Shown here: positions 30,271 through 38,815 of the stretch, one piece after another
Numbering within the stretch: position 1 is the stretch's first letter
Layout of the letters: each line of letters begins with the position of its first letter
Virus record (IMG/VR): IMGVR_UViG_2728368913_000005
Span: 7,319-71,318 of that record
Reading direction: 5' to 3' (one strand)
Origin: a virus
Lineage: Duplodnaviria; Caudoviricetes
DNA length: 64,000 nucleotides
Notes under the pieces: generated by a model
What the model saw: only the letters and a program-made list of their open reading frames with translations
What the model was told of the DNA's origin: nothing
The model's database searches: none
Position numbers and translations under genes: made by a program

Positions 30271-30693
30271 TCAAGCGACCTTCAGCGATTCGCGAAGCAC
30301 TTGCAGCGCATCAATGGCTTCCTGAATGGCCTTGTCGCCCTGCGCCTTCTCGTGCTGGCTGATGTGGTTATCGACGGTGGCGTCATAGATCAGGCGCTTG
30401 ACGTCTCCGGACTCAGCAGCGAGATGTGCCAGGGCTGCAAGTAGCGGTTTCGGCGCTGGGCGCTGGCGCTCAACGACATCGCAGCCGAACTCGTCAGCAA
30501 GCGCCTTAAGCGGCCGCAGATCATTCGTGTGCAGCAGAATCCCGAACAGATGCTCGATGGTCAGGTGATGAGCATCGTTGTCTGGGTTGGCGCGCTGGAG
30601 CAGGCTCACGTGAGCGACTCCCATTTTCGCTGCCAGGCTCTTGGCCTCGTTTTCGAGCACTGCGCTCTGGCAGGACCGCAAGAAATTTTCCAT
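30271..30693 (-). CDS. cII: CII-family regulator
   Basis: LLQRANPDNDAHHLTIE motif, position after cro. Confidence 0.78.
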   Translation of the reverse strand: MENFLRSCQSAVLENEAKSLAAKMGVAHVSLLQRANPDNDAHHLTIEHLFGILLHTNDLRPLKALADEFGCDVVERQRPAPKPLLAALAHLAAESGDVKRLIYDATVDNHISQHEKAQGDKAIQEAIDALQVLRESLKVA

Positions 30694-30791
30694 TCGTAAA
30701 ACCTCAGATTTGTTTCAGTGGTGGCGAACTGCGTGGTGTAGCAGAATCCGACTCGCGCTCTGGTCACGGCTCAGCCGGTGGTTGACTGGAG

Positions 30792-31001
30792 TTACGCGGC
30801 TGATTTTCTAGGCTGAACAGCACAGAGCTGGCGGGCGGTTATCTGCCCACCAGTTAGCTCTTCAGCCAAAAATGCTTTGTTCGCACCCATGGCGTGCGTG
30901 CCGTTGAACCAATAGGAAACGGCGGCCTGGGATACGCCCAGTGCTGCGGCGGTCTTTGCTTGCCCGCCAAAGAACTCGACGAGCTTTTCAATGGGGGTCA
31001 T
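30792..31001 (-). CDS. cro: Cro-like repressor
   Basis: HTH GGQAKTAAALGVSQAAVSYW; divergent from cI. Confidence 0.9.
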   Translation of the reverse strand: MTPIEKLVEFFGGQAKTAAALGVSQAAVSYWFNGTHAMGANKAFLAEELTGGQITARQLCAVQPRKSAA

Positions 31002-31015
31002 AGCGTCAACTCCTG

Positions 31016-31081
31016 ATAAGCGTGCTTATATCGTATGGATAAGAAGGCTTATTTGCAAGCATATAAGGGACCTTATAAGTT
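31016..31081. promoter_or_regulatory. OR operators (3x ATAAG-N4-CTTAT) with pR and pRM
   Basis: Palindromes at 31016, 31039 and 31063; TTGCAA-N17-TAAGTT (+) and TTGCAA-N17-TACGAT (-). Confidence 0.85.
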
Positions 31082-31088
31082 GCTCTGC

Positions 31089-31739
31089 ATGACTACACTT
31101 GCCCAAAGACTGAAACTCGCTCGAGCGCACGCCAAAATCACCCAGCGAAAGCTGGCGGAGCTGGCGGGCGTAGAGCAGCCCGCTATATCCCAAATGGAAA
31201 GCGGAAAGACGCTCAAGTCCGCGCATCTGGTCGCGCTGGCCAAGGCTTGCAGCGTGAATGCTGACTGGCTTTCCACCGGCACTGGTCAAATGGCCAGCGA
31301 ACCGTCAAACGTGGAGATGGTCGAACAGCCCTCGCGGATGTACCGCTACCCTGTAGTGAGCTGGGTCGCAGCCGGCGAGTGGTCGGAAGCGGTTGAGCCT
31401 TATCCGCCAGGTGCTGCTGATGAGTACGACGTGTCTGACTACAAGGCCAAGGGCCCGGCGTTTTGGCTGGTGGTTAAAGGGGACTCGATGACGGCACCTA
31501 CTGCCCCTTCGATTCCAGAGGGCTCACAGATACTCGTAGACACCCAGGCAGAAGTACTCCCAGGCAAGCTGGTGATCGCGAAGCTGGCCGGCAGCAACGA
31601 GGCGACGTTCAAGAAGCTGGTAGAGGACGGCGGCGTCAGATACCTGAAGCCGCTGAACTCGGCATATCCCACGGTGCAGTGCTCCGATGACTGCAGGATC
31701 ATTGGAGTTGTCGTCAGGTCGCTGACTAAGTTTGCTTGA
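31089..31739 (+). CDS. cI: CI repressor (HTH plus S24 peptidase)
   Basis: HTH; VAAG cleavage site; VKGDSM and ATFKKL catalytic motifs. Confidence 0.95.
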   Translation: MTTLAQRLKLARAHAKITQRKLAELAGVEQPAISQMESGKTLKSAHLVALAKACSVNADWLSTGTGQMASEPSNVEMVEQPSRMYRYPVVSWVAAGEWSEAVEPYPPGAADEYDVSDYKAKGPAFWLVVKGDSMTAPTAPSIPEGSQILVDTQAEVLPGKLVIAKLAGSNEATFKKLVEDGGVRYLKPLNSAYPTVQCSDDCRIIGVVVRSLTKFA

Positions 31740-31784
31740 AAGCCGAGCCATATGGCGCGGCGGGAATTCGTAGGAGTACCAGTC

Positions 31785-32024
31785 ATGGGATTGACGAAGC
31801 CGAATCAACAATTGGCACGCGACCTACAGGGCCTCGCTTCTGACTTGAAGTGGTCGGCCGTGGAATTGCTGCGGATCGTCGAGCGATTGAGCCTGGCGGG
31901 TAGCGAGCCTGATGCCCAGGTCATCCTGAAGATGATCATTTTGTTCCAGGCCGACGAGGACAAGCTGGCTGGGTATGTAGATGAGGTTAGGCAAGGACGG
32001 ATTGTGCGGGAACGATCTGAGTAG
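31785..32024 (+). CDS. Hypothetical protein
   Basis: AGGAG RBS, follows cI. Confidence 0.7.
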   Translation: MGLTKPNQQLARDLQGLASDLKWSAVELLRIVERLSLAGSEPDAQVILKMIILFQADEDKLAGYVDEVRQGRIVRERSE

Positions 32025-32059
32025 CCGGGTCATCTGGCCCGTCATTATGGAAATGTGAG

Positions 32060-32368
32060 ATGAATGTATTTCGAGTCGCGGTACTGATAGTCGCTTCGCT
32101 TATTATTTCAAGCTGCGCCAGCAGGCCAAAAACTGAATACGAAAAGAAAGTCGAAGCCATACCAATGCCAGCGACGGAAGCCGAGCGACTTGAGCAATGT
32201 CAGGCGGTTCAGGATCTCGCAAGATCAGCCTTTATTGACGACGTGCTTCACGACGCCCAACGCACAGACCCCGGCCCTGGCTTCCCGGTTTACGATGAGT
32301 CGGTGTATCCAGCGCTCATGCGACGCCATCATGCAATGAATTGCCCTAGCTTTAATTTACTAAAGTGA
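32060..32368 (+). CDS. Lipoprotein moron
   Basis: Signal peptide ending ISSC. Confidence 0.72.
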   Translation: MNVFRVAVLIVASLIISSCASRPKTEYEKKVEAIPMPATEAERLEQCQAVQDLARSAFIDDVLHDAQRTDPGPGFPVYDESVYPALMRRHHAMNCPSFNLLK

Positions 32369-32580
32369 TGAGCGCATGGCGAGAACAGGGTTTCCGGAGC
32401 AAGGCCGGGGCCATTGCCTGGCTGGCGCTACTCATGGTTATTGGCGCCTCCGACTCGGCTTGGCTGAGCGGAGGCTCATCCGGCCGCAAGCGGGTCTTTA
32501 GTCCGGGTTTCGTCGTATTGTGCGTTTTCGTGGCTGTGGTAGAGCTGATAGCACTGAATCACTTCTATGGTATGCAGTGA
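32365..32580 (+). CDS. Small membrane protein
   Basis: Two hydrophobic segments, coupled ORF. Confidence 0.55.
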   Translation: MMSAWREQGFRSKAGAIAWLALLMVIGASDSAWLSGGSSGRKRVFSPGFVVLCVFVAVVELIALNHFYGMQ

Positions 32581-32671
32581 GGTGAAGGCCGGGCAGATTG
32601 TGCGGGAAAAGGTTTGAGTAGGCAGTAAGATGTAATTGGGAGGCCCCTAGCGGTAAACCTCCCAGAGCCTC

Positions 32672-33703
32672 TTATGCGTCGATAAGCAGCTCGTCGTACT
32701 CACCGGCCGCCAAAGCATCCTCGTCGTATTTGTAGCCGAGTGATTCGATTTTCAGGCGCTTATTATACAGCCCAAGCTCTTGCCGAGCATGGCTTAGGGC
32801 CTCTTCCTTGATATAGTCTTCGTAACCGCTGAAAACCGGGTAGTCGTTAAATATGAGTAGAGCGTCTAGCTTGCCTTGTAGTGAGCTCATCGTCATTGGA
32901 CGCTTAGTGAGGGCAGTGCTTTCGGCGTAGAGCATGAATTGCTCCGAGAGCAAATGAAGCCGGTAAAGCTCTTCGTTATTCAGATAGTTTTTGCCTATCT
33001 TTGCCTCCTCTATCGTCGGGTTGGCGCCCTTTACAGCTTGCATACCCATATTGTCCGAAAGGTGGGTGGCGCGATCAAGAATCAGCTTTGAACTGGTCAT
33101 GCCGGTGACGGCGTGATGAAATTTGTCCTGTAATAAGGCGTAAAAACTTCTGACCTCTTTTGAGTTGGGGTCGTAATCAGATGCGCAGATTCTGAAGCAT
33201 TCTCGGACCTTCGCGTAGACCTGCTTTTCTTCGGAGCGGAGCGCCCGAACCGCCGCTGCAAGTTTGTTGAGCTTGTCAGGAGACTCGCGCAGAGCCTTCT
33301 CGTTGATTACATAACCTTGCTCGATATAGGTCTTGAGAGTTTGAGTCGCCCACTGACGAAACCTTACGGCTCTCCTGGCGTTAACTCTGTATCCAACGGA
33401 TATGATCATGTCGAGGTTGTAGTGAGCTGTCTCAGAGCGCACGACCTCCCGACCGCCCTCAATTTGAACTATGGCAAATTTTGCCATAGTTGCCGACTCG
33501 ACTAGCTCTTGGTCGGCATAGACGTTTTTTATGTGCTTCTTTGCGTTTGAGTAATCAATGCCGAATAGCTCTGCAATATTTTGGCCGGTCGCCCAGATCG
33601 CTTGATCATCCGATTCAAATCTCAAGCTGACCTGGACACCCTCATCAGCGAACATGATAGAGCTATCACTCGTAACGTCCCCAGTATCTTTTCCTTTAGA
33701 CAT
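32672..33703 (-). CDS. RhuM-family protein
   Basis: HYNLDMIISVGYRVN...FRQWAT; LRSEEKQVY; DKFHHAVTGMT. Confidence 0.88.
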   Translation of the reverse strand: MSKGKDTGDVTSDSSIMFADEGVQVSLRFESDDQAIWATGQNIAELFGIDYSNAKKHIKNVYADQELVESATMAKFAIVQIEGGREVVRSETAHYNLDMIISVGYRVNARRAVRFRQWATQTLKTYIEQGYVINEKALRESPDKLNKLAAAVRALRSEEKQVYAKVRECFRICASDYDPNSKEVRSFYALLQDKFHHAVTGMTSSKLILDRATHLSDNMGMQAVKGANPTIEEAKIGKNYLNNEELYRLHLLSEQFMLYAESTALTKRPMTMSSLQGKLDALLIFNDYPVFSGYEDYIKEEALSHARQELGLYNKRLKIESLGYKYDEDALAAGEYDELLIDA

Positions 33704-33804
33704 ATTGAGCTCCGACTGCTGCAAGCCTGGATTGGCGAGCATCAATTTTGCCACTAATTCTACGTTGGCGCTTAAGTGCCATACGGCTCAGCTCCAGGCC
33801 TTAC

Positions 33805-33830
33805 TCAAGAGGGATTTTCTCAAGCCGATA
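33805..33830 (+). promoter_or_regulatory. Putative FliA (sigma28) promoter
   Basis: TCAAG-N14-GCCGATA upstream of a small ORF. Confidence 0.65.
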
Positions 33831-33865
33831 GCCTTGTACTGCATCTCGCAGTGCAAGGAGGCTCT

Positions 33866-33997
33866 ATGAAAAAGATCGCTATCGCTGGGATCATCGCACT
33901 ACTTTCATTCGCTTCAGTCTCTGCCTCAGCATGCCCCAAGGGCACGCATCCAACAGGCGGTACTGGCTCTCACCACAAAGGTGGGACCTGTAAGTAA
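33866..33997 (+). CDS. 43-aa secreted peptide
   Basis: AAGGAGG RBS; signal peptide ending ASA; mature CPKGTHPTGGTGSHHKGGTCK. Confidence 0.75.
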   Translation: MKKIAIAGIIALLSFASVSASACPKGTHPTGGTGSHHKGGTCK

Positions 33998-34001
33998 CAG
34001 A

Positions 34002-34026
34002 AGCCCGGCCCAGCGCCGGGCTTTTT
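34002..34026 (+). terminator. Intrinsic terminator
   Basis: AGCCCGGC-CCAGC-GCCGGGCT-TTTT. Confidence 0.8.
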
Positions 34027-34030
34027 CGTT

Positions 34031-34303
34031 CTACCCCTTGCACGCCCTCTGCTGCCGATCAGACGCCAGCCGCCTCAGCCTCATCTCCCCTTTCACCTTG
34101 AGTACGAGCCCGACGATGTCCCGGATCGTCACCAGCGCCGCAGCATCGATGCCTTTCACGGTGAACTCCTCCACCTCTGTGTTCGTGTCGAATACCCGGA
34201 TCGTCATTGACGCGTCAGGTGCGATCACGCACACGCACTTCATGGGCAAAAACGCTGCCTCTATGCAAGGCCTCAGATCCAATTGGGAATTCATTCGGTC
34301 CAT
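34031..34303 (-). CDS. DUF1652-like small protein
   Basis: IEAAFLPMKCVC...SMTIRVFD motif. Confidence 0.7.
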   Translation of the reverse strand: MDRMNSQLDLRPCIEAAFLPMKCVCVIAPDASMTIRVFDTNTEVEEFTVKGIDAAALVTIRDIVGLVLKVKGEMRLRRLASDRQQRACKG

Positions 34304-34445
34304 CCTGGTTGCAAGCCAGGAGAATTCCTGAGGCCTGCGTTGGGCCGAGTGTAGTCGGGATATTGGATAATGCTGGCGTTATGCCCGATCCACCCTAAAT
34401 GACCTCCTGACCCTCGCGCAGCCCGCCCTTTCTGATCTGACCTTA

Positions 34446-34468
34446 CCCGCCACTGAGCGGGTTTTTTA
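34446..34468 (+). terminator. Intrinsic terminator insulating pL
   Basis: CCCGC-CACTGA-GCGGG-TTTTTT. Confidence 0.75.
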
Positions 34469-34486
34469 TGGACTCAAAAAAATAAT

Positions 34487-34528
34487 ATAAGCATGCTTAT
34501 TGACTGCAAAGATAAGCAGGCTTATATT
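34487..34528 (+). promoter_or_regulatory. OL operators (2x ATAAG-N4-CTTAT) and pL promoter
   Basis: Same palindrome as OR at 34487 and 34512; TTGACT-N17-TATATT. Confidence 0.85.
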
Positions 34529-34534
34529 TCGCTC

Positions 34535-34915
34535 ATCGAGACGCGAAACAGCCCCTCAACAGGCTCAGCGGATCGACTGCTCTTTAACAGCCTGCGCAAC
34601 AAACAACAGACCGCATTGCCTCTACCGGTGACCGGCGATCAGACAGCCCCGAAAGGCTGCCCACGACAGGGAGAACCCTGTACGGCTGACGATGGTGAAA
34701 CGCCTTGACCGAGTGAATGACCCGGCAAGCAATGCGCCCCGCGAATCCCAGCGGCAGAAGGGAGAGACAACTACCGCTGACGCAGCAAGCCGCGACCGAC
34801 GCCAGTAGCGGGTCGCGGTGCGACACCAACACACCCTGAACCTCTCCGACTGAACCCTCTCCGGTGCCTGTATGGCGTTTATCCGTTCTTGAGTATTCAG
34901 TCGAAGGGGTTCACT
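34535..34915 (+). ncRNA. Structured pL leader RNA with boxA
   Basis: boxA TGCTCTTTAACA at 34578-34589; several nested stems; no credible ORF. Confidence 0.65.
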
Positions 34916-34926
34916 GATCAAGGAGC

Positions 34927-35226
34927 ATGAAGCTCATGGCTCGAACCAAATACACAGTTGAAAAGGTCCTGTATTTCGCCAACCAGAAAAGCGCGCTCCA
35001 CGTAGGCCCAAACGAAGAGAAGATCGATTCAGACCTGCACAGGACGGTTCAGGCTCTCGTAGAGAAAGGCGACATTCACCTGTGTGGGACAGACGACTCT
35101 GGCGAGTATTTCAAAACCACCAAGTCAGGCGAAATTCATCTTCTGAAATTGCAGATCGCTTGGCGCAAAGCTCATCAGAAAGACGTCGCCGACCATCAGA
35201 CGGCACTTAACTTGCTCACCGCATAA
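34927..35226 (+). CDS. Hypothetical early protein
   Basis: AAGGAG RBS; first ORF after the leader. Confidence 0.72.
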   Translation: MKLMARTKYTVEKVLYFANQKSALHVGPNEEKIDSDLHRTVQALVEKGDIHLCGTDDSGEYFKTTKSGEIHLLKLQIAWRKAHQKDVADHQTALNLLTA

Positions 35227-35246
35227 CCCAGCCCCTGGAGACGACC

Positions 35247-35654
35247 ATGAACGCAGCAGCAAAGGTGTTGCCTCTTGCGGGCACGGCAGTAAAGCAACTG
35301 ACGCCCGCCGAACGACTTTGGGTTGCCAACAGTGCGCACTCTCTGGTCCACGGCGACGACATCAAGTTCAAACGCCGCCTGCAGGAGCCTCAAGGCGTCA
35401 CATTCGAGCGCTTCCTGATTGCTGTCGATGAGTTCGCCATGGAGAAGCTTGGCGCATCTGGTGCGAGCCCATCAGCGCTGGGGCGACTCGTCTACATGGC
35501 CAAGTTCGGTTCGCCCGCCTGCGCCAGAGAGGCCGCAGACGCCGTGTTGAACTGCCCCAACCCTAAAGACGCCCTGTTCGAAATCGCAGAGGGACTTTTG
35601 CGGCCTTTGGCGGCAGACGGTGTGATCGCTCAGCGCGAGGATGAAGAGCTTTGA
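35247..35654 (+). CDS. Hypothetical early protein
   Basis: GGAG RBS. Confidence 0.75.
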   Translation: MNAAAKVLPLAGTAVKQLTPAERLWVANSAHSLVHGDDIKFKRRLQEPQGVTFERFLIAVDEFAMEKLGASGASPSALGRLVYMAKFGSPACAREAADAVLNCPNPKDALFEIAEGLLRPLAADGVIAQREDEEL

Positions 35655-35842
35655 GCCCGCACATCCTGATCGACGAGGCGCTCGAAACCCTCAAGCACCC
35701 CGCCAGCAAACGCGGCGAGGTTGTTCTGGTCCAGCAGATGATCACGAAGATGATGACCGATGAGCTCATCACCCTTGAAGAGTTTTCCCACTACTGCAGT
35801 CGCCTGCTGAGGCACTGCCAACAGCGCAAGGAGGCGGCATGA
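35651..35842 (+). CDS. Hypothetical early protein
   Basis: Coupled ORF. Confidence 0.65.
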   Translation: MSPHILIDEALETLKHPASKRGEVVLVQQMITKMMTDELITLEEFSHYCSRLLRHCQQRKEAA

Positions 35843-36009
35843 GCCAGCCAATCGTTAAATCCCTCATCGATGAGCAACTCGACGAGGTGAGAGCCCGCGC
35901 CCAGGTACGCGGAACGATCACCTACCCCGTCGGCATGCGCGTCGCTGACCTGCCCTACCCGATCAAAGCTGACTGGCTCAAGCGTCGGCCGGTGGGTGCC
36001 CGATCATGA
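35839..36009 (+). CDS. 56-aa hypothetical protein
   Basis: AAGGAGG RBS, ATGA coupling; MSQPIVKSLIDEQLDE. Confidence 0.6.
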   Translation: MSQPIVKSLIDEQLDEVRARAQVRGTITYPVGMRVADLPYPIKADWLKRRPVGARS

Positions 36010-36122
36010 CCCGCAAGCAGCGCCAGCTGCGCATCTACACCTGGCGAGGCTCATTCGTCGTGCTGGCCCTTGTAACCGCTTGGATGCTCGCAAGCGCGTA
36101 CGCATCGCACATAACTCAGTAA
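36006..36122 (+). CDS. 38-aa single-TM protein
   Basis: ATGA coupling; MTRKQRQLRIYTWRGSFVVLALVTAWMLASAYA. Confidence 0.55.
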   Translation: MTRKQRQLRIYTWRGSFVVLALVTAWMLASAYASHITQ

Positions 36123-36171
36123 GCCCATTTTTATCCAATCGCAGCGCCCGCATGGAGCGCGAGGATTTCCT

Positions 36172-37059
36172 ATGTCCGCAAGAAACGTTGCGTCCGTATC
36201 GCACGATCAAAATTTGCATGTGCTTCCGCATGCAGCCACTTCTACGAGCGCACTCGTTCTGGACGGCGACAGTCTGGACAAGATGATGCGCCTGGCCGAG
36301 GTCATGGCCACCGGGCGCGCAACGCTGCCAAAGCACTTCAATGGCAATTCCGCCGATTGCCTGGCCGTTGTCATGCAGGCCATGCAGTGGCGGATGAACC
36401 CCTTCGCCGTTGCACAGAAAACTCATCTGGTGAATGGCGTGCTGGGTTACGAGGCGCAGCTGGTCAACGCTGTCATCACAACCTGCGCACCTGTGGTGGA
36501 TCGCTTGCACTACGAGTGGTACGGCAACTGGGAAAAGGTCATCGGGAAGTTTGTGATCAAAAACGGCGAAAAGGGTGAGTACCGGCAGCCAGGCTGGAAG
36601 CTTGCAGACGAGGAAGGCCTGGGCGTGAAGGTTTGGGCGACGTTCCGCGGTGAAGACGAACCGAGGGTACTGGAGCTGCTGCTGGCCCAGGCGCGTACAC
36701 GCAACAGCACACTCTGGGCCGACGATCCTCGCCAGCAGCTTGCGTACCTGGCAACCAAACGCTGGTCCCGCCTCTACTGCCCGGACGTAATTCTGGGCGT
36801 TTACAGCCCAGATGAGCTGGAGGAAAGCGCCCCTCGGTACCGTGATGTTTCACCGCAACCTGAGCAGCAAGGGTCAGAGCTTCCGGCCTACGAGGACGAC
36901 AAGTTCAAAACGATGCTTCCCAAATGGCAGGACGGTATCGACACCGGAAAGACCGACACCGAAAGCCTGATCGCCTTCTTGGAATCGAAATACACCCTCA
37001 GTGCCGATCAGATCGACCGAATCAACCAGATGGCTCCTATCGCCGGAGAAACCGCATGA
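36172..37059 (+). CDS. recT: RecT-family single-strand annealing protein
   Basis: ADCLAVVMQAMQWRMNPFAVAQKT...WADDPRQQLAY...LGVYSPDE. Confidence 0.9.
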   Translation: MSARNVASVSHDQNLHVLPHAATSTSALVLDGDSLDKMMRLAEVMATGRATLPKHFNGNSADCLAVVMQAMQWRMNPFAVAQKTHLVNGVLGYEAQLVNAVITTCAPVVDRLHYEWYGNWEKVIGKFVIKNGEKGEYRQPGWKLADEEGLGVKVWATFRGEDEPRVLELLLAQARTRNSTLWADDPRQQLAYLATKRWSRLYCPDVILGVYSPDELEESAPRYRDVSPQPEQQGSELPAYEDDKFKTMLPKWQDGIDTGKTDTESLIAFLESKYTLSADQIDRINQMAPIAGETA

Positions 37060-38714
37060 AGACGCATAAAGTCACCCAGGGCAGTGCCGAATGGCATGCA
37101 CTTCGCGCCAACTATCGCACCGCCTCTGAAGCCCCGGTGATGATGGGCGCATCCAAGCAGATGAAGCGCACCGAGCTGCTTCATGCCAAGAAGACCGGGC
37201 TCGACCGGGACATTTCGTGGTGGGTCCAGAAGTACTTGTTCGACAAGGGTCACGAAGCCGAAGCGCTGGCGCGCCCAATTCTCGAAGGTCGAATCGGCGA
37301 AGACCTGTTCCCGGTTGTGGGCACCGAAGGCGACCTGCTGGCCTCCCTCGACGGCTGCACGATGATGGGCGAGATCGTTTTCGAGCACAAAATGTGGAAC
37401 GAGCAGCTCGCCGCCGACGTGCGTGCGGGTGATCTGGATGCGCATTACTACTGGCAGCTGGAGCAGCAACTGCTTGTGTCCGGTGCTGAGAAAGTGATTT
37501 TCGTTTGCTCGGACGGGACCGAAGACAACTTCGTCTCAATGGAGTACTTCCCGGTGAAAGGCCGGGCGGCGAAGCTGGTCGCCGGCTGGAAGCAGTTCGG
37601 AATCGACCTTGAAGCTTACGAGCCCACCGAGGCCGTTGCGGAGGCAGTCGGGAAGTCCCCCGACTCGCTGCCAGCCCTTCGCATCGAAGTCACCGGCATG
37701 GTCACGGCAAGCAACCTTGAACAGTTCAAGGCGCATTCGCTGGCCGTGTTTTCTGCGATCAACACTGACCTGCAGACCGATCAGCACTTCGCTGACGCAG
37801 AGAAAACAGTGAAGTGGTGCGGCGAGGTCGAGGAGCGCCTGGAAGCAGCCAAGCAACATGCGCTGAGCCAGACGGAGACAATCGACGCCCTCTTCCGCAC
37901 CATCGACGAGATATCTGAGCAGGCCCGTCGCAAACGCCTTGAGCTGGACAAGCTGGTGAAAGCTCGCAAGGTGGCCATTCGAGACGAGATCGTGCTGAAG
38001 GCGAAAGCAGCGCTGCGTGATCACCTCGACAAGATCAACATCTCGTTCGGCGGCAAGGTGCGGCTGCCGGAGATCCCCGCGGACTTCGCCGGCGCGATCA
38101 AAGGCAAAAAAAATATCGCCAGTCTGCGTGACGCCGCTGACTCTGAATTGGCCCGGGCCAAGATCGAGGCCAGCCAGATCGGCGACGGCATCCGCACCAA
38201 CCTGGAGAGCTTGCGCACCCTCGCCGTGGATCATGCGTTTCTGTTCAACGATGCTCAGCAGATTGTGCTCAAGAACAACGATGACCTGGTAGCACTCATC
38301 AAGGTCAGGATCAACGAGCACAAGCAGGCCGAGGAAGCGAAAGAGCTGGCGCAGCGTGAACGTATTCGTGCTGAAGAATCAGCGAAGCTTGCGGCGGCTG
38401 CCGAATCAGAGCGAGTCGCTGAAGCTGAAAAAGCGAAAGCCAGCGCGCCTGCGCCGCAAGCTGCTGAGGCGCCCAAACCTGGACAACCAGCTCCGAGAAT
38501 GTCAGCCGTCGCCCCATCTGCGAAGGTGCCGCCCAAGCCGACAAAGCTTGAAGCAAATGTCACCGACCTTCATGCGCTGGTGAAAGCCGTCTACGAAGGT
38601 CGGGCGCCGATTTCGGTCCTCACAGTGAACTGGGGCGCGCTGGACGACCTGGTCCATATTCAAGGCGCTGATTTCCAAATGGACGGAGTAACCATCACGC
38701 AGGTGGCAGCATGA
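37056..38714 (+). CDS. YqaJ-like exonuclease
   Basis: QGSAEWHALR, TASEA, GHEAE, ASLDG, FEHK, YYWQLEQQ motifs. Confidence 0.92.
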   Translation: MKTHKVTQGSAEWHALRANYRTASEAPVMMGASKQMKRTELLHAKKTGLDRDISWWVQKYLFDKGHEAEALARPILEGRIGEDLFPVVGTEGDLLASLDGCTMMGEIVFEHKMWNEQLAADVRAGDLDAHYYWQLEQQLLVSGAEKVIFVCSDGTEDNFVSMEYFPVKGRAAKLVAGWKQFGIDLEAYEPTEAVAEAVGKSPDSLPALRIEVTGMVTASNLEQFKAHSLAVFSAINTDLQTDQHFADAEKTVKWCGEVEERLEAAKQHALSQTETIDALFRTIDEISEQARRKRLELDKLVKARKVAIRDEIVLKAKAALRDHLDKINISFGGKVRLPEIPADFAGAIKGKKNIASLRDAADSELARAKIEASQIGDGIRTNLESLRTLAVDHAFLFNDAQQIVLKNNDDLVALIKVRINEHKQAEEAKELAQRERIRAEESAKLAAAAESERVAEAEKAKASAPAPQAAEAPKPGQPAPRMSAVAPSAKVPPKPTKLEANVTDLHALVKAVYEGRAPISVLTVNWGALDDLVHIQGADFQMDGVTITQVAA

Positions 38715-38815
38715 TGACCACCGAACTGAGCTTGATCCAGCATAACAGCGTCGAACTAGATCGACAGGCATTAGCTATGGCAGAGTATTTTACAAGGCGG
38801 AGTTGAGATACTTAT

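Noticed and set aside
351-30362. Many long + strand ORFs opposite structural and replication genes (e.g. 351..1259, 13208..14185, 17607..18524, 27989..29062)
   Set aside because: These are shadow ORFs of GC-rich coding sequence with no RBS or protein motifs.
34634-34704. Hammerhead ribozyme core (CTGACGA...GAAAC) in the pL leader
   Set aside because: Only 4 nt lie between CUGANGA and GAAA (no stem II), and no stem I pairing follows the candidate UC site.
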